Positions 6,673 to 12,653 of a stretch of DNA of 12,653 nt are shown one piece after another. Below the pieces are notes generated by a model. It ran no database searches, was not told the origin of the DNA, and worked only from the letters and a program-made list of their open reading frames with translations. Position 1 is the first letter of the stretch; each line of letters starts with the position of its first letter. The stretch is taken from contig JBNJGH010000097.1 in assembly GCA_051747585.1 (NCBI GenBank), positions 1 through 12,653 of the forward strand, written 5' to 3'. The position numbers were made by a program, and so were the translations under genes. This DNA comes from Candidatus Rifleibacteriota bacterium. GTDB taxonomy: Bacteria > Muiribacteriota > Ozemobacteria > Ozemobacterales > Ozemobacteraceae.

Positions 6673-7998
6673 TTATTTAGCTTTTTTTTGCTCGGCCATT
6701 ACCATCTTTTTACCCATTTTAAAGGTTTGAATAAGAGGAAGTCCGGAGGGGCATGTGTAAGCGCAGCAGCCACATTCCATACAATCAAGAATGCCCATTT
6801 TATCTGCTGCTTCCCATTTTTTGCTGTCAACCAGCCTTTTTAACTGTTGGGGCATAAGTCCCATGGGGCATGCTCTGATGCACCTGCCGCATCTAAGGCA
6901 GGGCGACTGGGGTACAGTTTGGGCTTCGTTTTTATCCCATACAAGTATCCCGCTTGTGCCTTTAATTATGGGAATATTGAGATCAAATAAAGCAAAACCC
7001 ATCATGGGACCACCCATAATTACTTTTTCGGGGGGGATATCTTCTTTGAGTCCGCCGGCCATTTCAATAAATTCAGCGACAGTTGTACCTATTCGCACCC
7101 GATAGTTTCCGGGATTTTTTACACAATTGCCGGCCAGGGTGACAACTCGTTCGATTAAAGGTTTCCGGCAATTTACCGCATCTGCTATTGCTGCGGCTGT
7201 GGCGACGTTCTGAACAACGACGCCAATATCCATCGGTAAACCTCCAGATGGCACCTCTTTGCCAAGACAGGCTTTAATTAACTGTTTTTCGCCGCCCTGT
7301 GGGTATTTAACTCTTAGAGGTTGAACTTCAATATTTTCTTCACCTTCGACTTTTTTCTCCATTAATTCAAGGGCGTCAGGCTTATTGTTTTCAATTCCAA
7401 TAATGCCTTTTTCAGCATTGAGTATTTTTATAATAAGCTTGAGACCTGCAATAATCTTTTCAGGCTCCTCGAGCATCAAGCGGTGGTCTGAGGTTAAAGC
7501 TGGCTCACATTCGACACCGTTTAAAATGACGGTATCTATCGGCTTGTTTTCGGGCGGAGAAAGTTTCACATGCGTAGGAAAGGTTGCTCCGCCAAGTCCT
7601 ACCATTCCAGAATTTTGAATTCTGTTTTTAATTTCTTCTACACCCAGATTAAAACCATTTTCTTCTTTATATTCAGGCTCTGCAATTTCAGGATTTCTTT
7701 CAATAACAAGTGCCGGCGTTGGAACGCCGAAAGGATGCATAAAATTACCAGAGCCAATTATCTTACCCGAAATCGTTGCATTTATACTTGCAGAAACAAA
7801 TCCACCCGGTTTTGCAATAATCTGACCGGTTTCTACTTTTTCGGTGATTTTAAAACAGGGTTTTGCCGGTGCACCAATATGTTGGGAAACATGTAGTATA
7901 ACCTTATCGGGAAGAGGCAGGTCAACAATACTTTTATCTTCTGTATTTTTTAATTCCGGTGGGTGCAGACCACCTTTAAATGTTTTGATAGCAAGCAT
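6673..7998 (-). CDS. rnfC: Rnf complex subunit C (NAD/FMN binding, 2x[4Fe-4S])
   Basis: 441 aa with FKGGLHP, QHIGAPA, GLGGATFPTHVK, NGVECEP, KYPQGGEKQLI, GGPMMG, CLRCGRCIRACP and CMECGCCAYTCP. SD AGGAGA. Confidence 0.97.
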   Translation of the reverse strand: MLAIKTFKGGLHPPELKNTEDKSIVDLPLPDKVILHVSQHIGAPAKPCFKITEKVETGQIIAKPGGFVSASINATISGKIIGSGNFMHPFGVPTPALVIERNPEIAEPEYKEENGFNLGVEEIKNRIQNSGMVGLGGATFPTHVKLSPPENKPIDTVILNGVECEPALTSDHRLMLEEPEKIIAGLKLIIKILNAEKGIIGIENNKPDALELMEKKVEGEENIEVQPLRVKYPQGGEKQLIKACLGKEVPSGGLPMDIGVVVQNVATAAAIADAVNCRKPLIERVVTLAGNCVKNPGNYRVRIGTTVAEFIEMAGGLKEDIPPEKVIMGGPMMGFALFDLNIPIIKGTSGILVWDKNEAQTVPQSPCLRCGRCIRACPMGLMPQQLKRLVDSKKWEAADKMGILDCMECGCCAYTCPSGLPLIQTFKMGKKMVMAEQKKAK

Positions 7999-8044
7999 AA
8001 CTATATCTCCTGACTTACCAGAGCGGCAGTTTTAAATGCGTCAA

Positions 8045-8073
8045 AACCTAACATAATAAATATGATAATTCAA
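8045..8073 (-). promoter_or_regulatory. Putative sigma70 promoter of the rnf operon
   Basis: Minus strand: TTGAAT (8073-8068), 17-nt spacer ending TGT (extended -10), TAGGTT (8050-8045), about 45 nt upstream of the rnfC start. Confidence 0.5.
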
Positions 8074-8076
8074 TCC

Positions 8077-8094
8077 TTGTAAAAAAAATCACAA
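8077..8094. promoter_or_regulatory. Putative Rex operator (CRP/FNR-family site not excluded)
   Basis: TTGTAAAAAAAATCACAA matches TTGTGAA-N4-TTCACAA at 12/14 and lies 3 nt upstream of the putative rnf -35. Confidence 0.55.
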
Positions 8095-8178
8095 TTAAAT
8101 TTATACTTGCTCAATAATTGTTATTTCATAATGAGTAATGAATGATTTATTTGTTGAAATGTTATAGTCTATTGACCT

Positions 8179-8841
8179 ATGCATTATCTACAAAAAATAA
8201 AAGAGAGTAAGATTAAATTTCCAGATGTTGAACTAGCTGATAAAGACGGTTTGCTTGCATGGGGTGGAAATATGGAACCAGAAACCCTGGTTGAAGCTTA
8301 TTCTCATGGGATATTTCCCTGGACAGCTTCACCAATAACCTGGTGGTCACCTGATCCAAGGGCTATATTTGAAATAGAAAGATTTAAATTATCAAAAAGA
8401 ATGCAAAGATTATATAAAACGGGAAAATTTGAATTCAGCATCGACCAGGCTTTTGCCGAAGTAATCAGGGGATGTGCTGAACCTTGGCCTGGTAGAGAAG
8501 AAACCTGGATAAGCAAAGAATTTATCAAGGCTTATGAAGAACTGCATGAGCTTGGTATTGCTCATAGCTGTGAAGCCTGGTATAACAAAACTCTTGCCGG
8601 TGGAATTTATGGGGTAGCGCTCGGCGGCTTTTTCGCAGGAGAATCTATGTTTTATAGAGTTTCAAATGCCTCTACACTTGCATTAAAATTCTTTATTGAT
8701 CATTTAAAAAAGGCCGGTTTTGAATTGTTTGATTCACAGGTAATTACACCCCATACCAGAAGGTTGGGAGCAATTGAAATTTCCCGCAGGGATTATATTA
8801 ACAGGTTAAAAAAAGCTATAAAAAAGGATGTATGTTTATAA
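8179..8841 (+). CDS. aat: Leucyl/phenylalanyl-tRNA--protein transferase (N-degron pathway)
   Basis: 220 aa with GLLAWGG, AYSHGIFPW, WWSPDPRA, TWI, AHSCEAW, GGIYGV, FAGESMF, ASTLAL and FDSQ motifs. Confidence 0.96.
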   Translation: MHYLQKIKESKIKFPDVELADKDGLLAWGGNMEPETLVEAYSHGIFPWTASPITWWSPDPRAIFEIERFKLSKRMQRLYKTGKFEFSIDQAFAEVIRGCAEPWPGREETWISKEFIKAYEELHELGIAHSCEAWYNKTLAGGIYGVALGGFFAGESMFYRVSNASTLALKFFIDHLKKAGFELFDSQVITPHTRRLGAIEISRRDYINRLKKAIKKDVCL

Positions 8842-8868
8842 AAATTTAATAAATAACATTCAGAGGCT

Positions 8869-8896
8869 TTGAACAAATTTCTAAACCTGCTATAAT
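8869..8896 (+). promoter_or_regulatory. sigma70 promoter with extended -10 for the amidase-chemoreceptor unit
   Basis: TTGAAC (8869-8874), 16-nt spacer ending TGC, perfect TATAAT (8891-8896), 43 nt before the amidase ATG. Confidence 0.65.
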
Positions 8897-8939
8897 CTGT
8901 GCATATAATTAAAGGTATTATATAGATCAGGCAGAAAAT

Positions 8940-10379
8940 ATGGTAAATAAAAGAATTTTTAAAGAATTGGTTTCAACCTGTTTTACGCGATTATCTCTGG
9001 TGCTTTTGCTTTGCTTGTATTCAGTAAACCTTTTTGCTGCAAAAGAAGGGCGAATTACTGATATAAGATTCTGGCAGAGCCCCGAAGAAGCTCAGATTGT
9101 TGTAGATATTTCGTGTCCTCCCAAGGTTTCTTCTGTATCCCGTCTTAAAGATGGTACTTTGTATTTTGATATTGCAGATTGTAAATTCAGACCCGGCAGG
9201 CAACGTTACCCCCTGAGAAATCCCTTTATCGATGTTTTAACTGTTAAGCAGAAAAAAACAAAAGATACGGTTAGAATTTTTTTCAGGGTGCCTGATGGTG
9301 TCGAAGCCAAAACTTTTGTTTTGCCTGCAAATGAAAGAAAGGGAGACAGGATCGTAATATTTTTGAAAGGTCCTGCTGAAGAACTTCTTGAAAAAAGGCA
9401 GGCTAAAATTTCAGAAGTCAAAAAGCTTAAAGCGGAAAACGTAAAAATTGTAGTTTTAGACCCAGGCCATGGAGGAGAAGACCCGGGCTGTCATCATAGC
9501 GGCATTCTTGAAAAGGATTATGTGCTCAATATGGGTAAGCTGGTAAAAGCTTATTTTGACAGAGATCCACGCTTTAAAGCTATTCTTACTAGAAATGGCG
9601 ATTACATCATACCACTTGAAAAAAGAAGAGAAATCTCAGAACGACTTGGTGCTGATGCGTTCGTTAGTCTCCATGTAAACTATAATCCGAAAAGTTATAT
9701 TAGAGGAATAGAAGTCTATTATGAATCACAACTCGGAGCAGTAAGTGAGGCAGAACGTCTGGTAGCTGAAAAAGAAAATCAGGTGGATTTTGGCGGAAAG
9801 ATCAAGCGTAAGAAACCTGCAAATGTTAAAAAAGAAATTGTTGCCAGGCAGGCTGAAACTATGTATTTAAGTAGCCAGCTCGCAAGTAAGGTTGAAAACA
9901 GGCTGGAAAACTCTGTTATTTCAATGCCTTCACGAGGGGTTAAAAGAGCGGGGTTTGTTGTCCTCCACTCAATGACTATGCCTTCTATACTGGTTGAATT
10001 TGGTTATACCTCTAATAGAAACGACGTAAAAGTCTTAAAGAATTATACTCATCGAACGCGGCTGGCTCAGGCTGTATATCTTGGAGTCAGAGATTTCCTT
10101 CTTGGCAAGGTTGAAGCTGGGATAGATACGACCTATTTGGCTTATATCAAAAGTTCAGAGGCAAGAAAAGCTCGATTGAGAAGAGCTGCCGCGCAACGTA
10201 AGAAAAAACTTGAGCGGGAAAGAAGAAAAGCTCGAAAGTATAAAGTTAGAAGAGGAGATACCTTATCCGAAATCGCTGTTAAACATCGAGTTTCGCTGAC
10301 AAAGCTATTAAAAGTTAATAAGTTTTCAAAAAAACAGGTAATTCGAATCGGACAAGTAATCTTAATTCCAGCAAGATAA
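8940..10379 (+). CDS. N-acetylmuramoyl-L-alanine amidase (AMIN-like + Amidase_3 + LysM; AmiB/AmiC-like)
   Basis: 479 aa with N-terminal signal sequence and an AMIN-like region (ITDIRFW..DRIVIFL). Zn-amidase motifs VVLDPGHGGEDPG, EKD, FVSLHVN and SILVEFGY. C-terminal LysM YKVRRGDTLSEIA..IRIGQVILIP. Confidence 0.93.
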   Translation: MVNKRIFKELVSTCFTRLSLVLLLCLYSVNLFAAKEGRITDIRFWQSPEEAQIVVDISCPPKVSSVSRLKDGTLYFDIADCKFRPGRQRYPLRNPFIDVLTVKQKKTKDTVRIFFRVPDGVEAKTFVLPANERKGDRIVIFLKGPAEELLEKRQAKISEVKKLKAENVKIVVLDPGHGGEDPGCHHSGILEKDYVLNMGKLVKAYFDRDPRFKAILTRNGDYIIPLEKRREISERLGADAFVSLHVNYNPKSYIRGIEVYYESQLGAVSEAERLVAEKENQVDFGGKIKRKKPANVKKEIVARQAETMYLSSQLASKVENRLENSVISMPSRGVKRAGFVVLHSMTMPSILVEFGYTSNRNDVKVLKNYTHRTRLAQAVYLGVRDFLLGKVEAGIDTTYLAYIKSSEARKARLRRAAAQRKKKLERERRKARKYKVRRGDTLSEIAVKHRVSLTKLLKVNKFSKKQVIRIGQVILIPAR

Positions 10380-10398
10380 GCATTGGAGATAAACTGAA

Positions 10399-12653
10399 GT
10401 GGAATTTTTCTCGAATTTAAAAATCAAAACCAGACTCTTTTTAACAATGATAATTGTTTCTCTGATTTTGCTTGTCCTTACTTTTTATACTTCTGAAAAA
10501 ATCAGAGACGCAGTTAAAAGTCAGATTCCTTTACAGATAATAGCGATATTGAATTCTGAAGCATCAAAGATTTCATCTACTGTTGCTTCTTACGAAAGAA
10601 CCGCTGAGTATGTTTCCAATCTTAATTCTGTTGTTCAGTTCCTTTCCTGGATAGAACAGGCTCCTGATCAGATTGATCTTATTAATCAATGGAAAAGGGT
10701 TTTATCTACGCCGGTAGAAGGATTGCTGATGAAAAAAATGGAAGATACGCCATCTGATCTTGTAGAGATCGCTATTCTTGATAATGACGGTAAAACTCTT
10801 TTTAGAATGGGTCCCAATGGAAAAGAGTTACCCCATATAGATACGCCGTATGAGAAGTATGTTACAGTTAAGATGGACAATAGCTTCGAAACTGAAGGGG
10901 TTTATAAAACACCTGTTATGTTTCAAGAGCTGCAAGATGATTATAAAGAAAGAGTTTTTTATGTTTGTAAGCCGGTAAACCATTTAAAAAAAACAATCGG
11001 AATTGTTTTAGTTGGTGTAAGTCTTGAACGATTGATGGAAAACGTGCCAATGTCTTTAACTACCATTGGCGGAAAAAGTGCAGTGGTTTCAAATAATCCT
11101 GCTCAAAATGGTTTTTATCTTGCTCACAATAATTTTGAGAATATTCTAGATCCACAGAAAAATATTTTCTTGAATTCTGGCGACCCGGAACTTCAGGACC
11201 ATGCAGATAATATTATCAATAACAAAAGCGGTTTTCGCAAATTTTTAAGCGGTTCAAAATCAAATATTTTTATTGCTGCTTCTGCCATTCAGGATACCAG
11301 CTGGGTTCTTCTATCTCTTGTAGATACTCAGGGTATGATGGGAGCATTAAACAATGCGCAAAACTTTTCCCTCTTTTTGATCATCTTCGGCCTTGTTGTA
11401 ATGACTGGCATAACAATGATTGTTATAAACGGTGTGGTTAAACAGATTCGCGGAGTTTCCCAGGGCCTTGAAGAGATATCCAGAGGCCGTGGTGATTTGA
11501 CCCGTCGTCTTGCAATTGTAGGTAAAGATGAATTAACAGAGGTTTCAGAAAGATTTAATCGTTTTATCGGGTATATTCAGCGCTTATTGTTGCAAATTCA
11601 AGATGTTATCAATCGCTTATCCAACATGGCAAACACTATTTCGACTTTGACTTTTCAATCTAATGAATCGATTCAAAACATTACCGGTAATACACAGAGA
11701 ATTACCAAGGCCTCAAAAGATTCGGCCACTACCCTTGAATCAACGGCAGCTGCAATTGAAGAAATTTCAGCCAATTCGCAACTTATTGCCAAAAGATCGA
11801 ATCGAGCTTATGAAGAATCTGTTCAGAACAGGCTTAAAGCTACTCAGGGTATGGAGTCGGTAAGGGAAGCATCGACAACAATTAAAGAAATTGAACGTGC
11901 GGTTGGCGACTCATCCAGAGTGCTTGAAGAACTCAAAAACCAGTCAAGAAAGATTGGAAAAATTGTATTAACCATCACTGCTATTTCTCGACAGACAAAC
12001 CTTCTTGCTCTTAATGCCTCGATTGAAGCCGCCAGAGCAGGGGAGCAGGGCCGAGGTTTTGTTGTTGTAGCCGCAAATGTTAAAAAACTGGCAGAGCAAA
12101 GTGCTAAAGCGGCTGAAGAAATTGGCGCTCTTATCGGTGAAATTCAACACAAAACCAATAAGGCCGTTGAGGAAATGGGATTTGGTCGAGAAAGAGTTCA
12201 AGAAGGGGTTAAAATTATTAACCAGGCCGGAGCATACCTGGATGAAATTGGTATGGCTTCTGAAAGCGTTAATGTTCAGGTTCAGGATATCAGTAAATCT
12301 TCGGTAGAACAAAGCCGCAATATTGAAGCAATCAGTCTTTCTATTGAAAATCTTTCTATTACAACTAAAACCACTACCAGAGAGGTCGATGGGGTTCTAA
12401 GTTCATTGAAATCTCAGAGAGATTCAATTCAGAATATGGCTAAAATTACCAAACATCTTAGTATGGTTGCCGATGAACTCAATCGTATGCTGGCCCACTT
12501 CGTGCTCGAAACTCATGAATTAGTTGAAGAAGAACCCGAAGAAGAAATAGAAGATATCGAAGATGCTGAAACAGTAGAAAATGAAGAAGAAGAAGAAGAA
12601 GAAGAAATAGAAAAGCCTGAGAATGAAAAGCCTTCGACAAAAGCAAAGCGCAA
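10399..12653 (+). CDS. Methyl-accepting chemotaxis protein (TM - Cache-like sensor - TM - HAMP - signalling domain), 3'-partial
   Basis: Not in the ORF track. GTG at 10399 after SD GGAG (10385-10388); my translation stays open to the window end. [16 protein letters not shown]1, extracytoplasmic sensor, TM2, HAMP ([22 protein letters not shown]) and signature [23 protein letters not shown]. Confidence 0.95.
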   Translation, partial: MEFFSNLKIKTRLFLTMIIVSLILLVLTFYTSEKIRDAVKSQIPLQIIAILNSEASKISSTVASYERTAEYVSNLNSVVQFLSWIEQAPDQIDLINQWKRVLSTPVEGLLMKKMEDTPSDLVEIAILDNDGKTLFRMGPNGKELPHIDTPYEKYVTVKMDNSFETEGVYKTPVMFQELQDDYKERVFYVCKPVNHLKKTIGIVLVGVSLERLMENVPMSLTTIGGKSAVVSNNPAQNGFYLAHNNFENILDPQKNIFLNSGDPELQDHADNIINNKSGFRKFLSGSKSNIFIAASAIQDTSWVLLSLVDTQGMMGALNNAQNFSLFLIIFGLVVMTGITMIVINGVVKQIRGVSQGLEEISRGRGDLTRRLAIVGKDELTEVSERFNRFIGYIQRLLLQIQDVINRLSNMANTISTLTFQSNESIQNITGNTQRITKASKDSATTLESTAAAIEEISANSQLIAKRSNRAYEESVQNRLKATQGMESVREASTTIKEIERAVGDSSRVLEELKNQSRKIGKIVLTITAISRQTNLLALNASIEAARAGEQGRGFVVVAANVKKLAEQSAKAAEEIGALIGEIQHKTNKAVEEMGFGRERVQEGVKIINQAGAYLDEIGMASESVNVQVQDISKSSVEQSRNIEAISLSIENLSITTKTTTREVDGVLSSLKSQRDSIQNMAKITKHLSMVADELNRMLAHFVLETHELVEEEPEEEIEDIEDAETVENEEEEEEEEIEKPENEKPSTKAKR
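12583..12606 (+). repeat. (GAA)8 trinucleotide tract encoding poly-Glu in the chemoreceptor tail
   Basis: Eight consecutive in-frame GAA codons within an acidic low-complexity tail. Confidence 0.85.

Noticed and set aside
2291..8035. Multiple plus-strand ORFs opposite plsY-like and the rnf genes
   Set aside because: Antisense shadows of well-supported genes, with no motifs of their own.
8304..12312. Short alternative-frame or antisense ORFs within aat, the amidase and the chemoreceptor
   Set aside because: Fully overlapped by strongly supported CDSs. The chemoreceptor frame is uninterrupted in my translation, so these are not frameshift fragments.

Overview
AT-rich bacterial genomic DNA, probably from an anaerobe. 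The core is a complete minus-strand rnfCDGEAB operon (ferredoxin:NAD+ oxidoreductase) with a Rex/CRP-like box next to its promoter. A divergent PlsY-like gene follows it, then a convergent secreted hypothetical protein and an RseC/MucC-family gene. On the plus strand are aat (Leu/Phe-tRNA-protein transferase), an AMIN-Amidase_3-LysM amidase and a 3'-truncated chemoreceptor that starts at GTG and is absent from the ORF track. The most interesting part is the ~1 kb at the left end, which has no credible ORF. It holds nested REP-like palindromes, an unidentified GC-rich stem-loop and a consensus sigma54 promoter. That promoter points into an ~315-nt structured unit with a ~21-bp long-range helix and three CUCUCA anti-Shine-Dalgarno-like motifs, ending in a plus-strand intrinsic terminator. 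This unit is a good candidate for an undescribed sigma54-dependent regulatory RNA. All calls come from reading the sequence by eye; no searches or folding programs were run.
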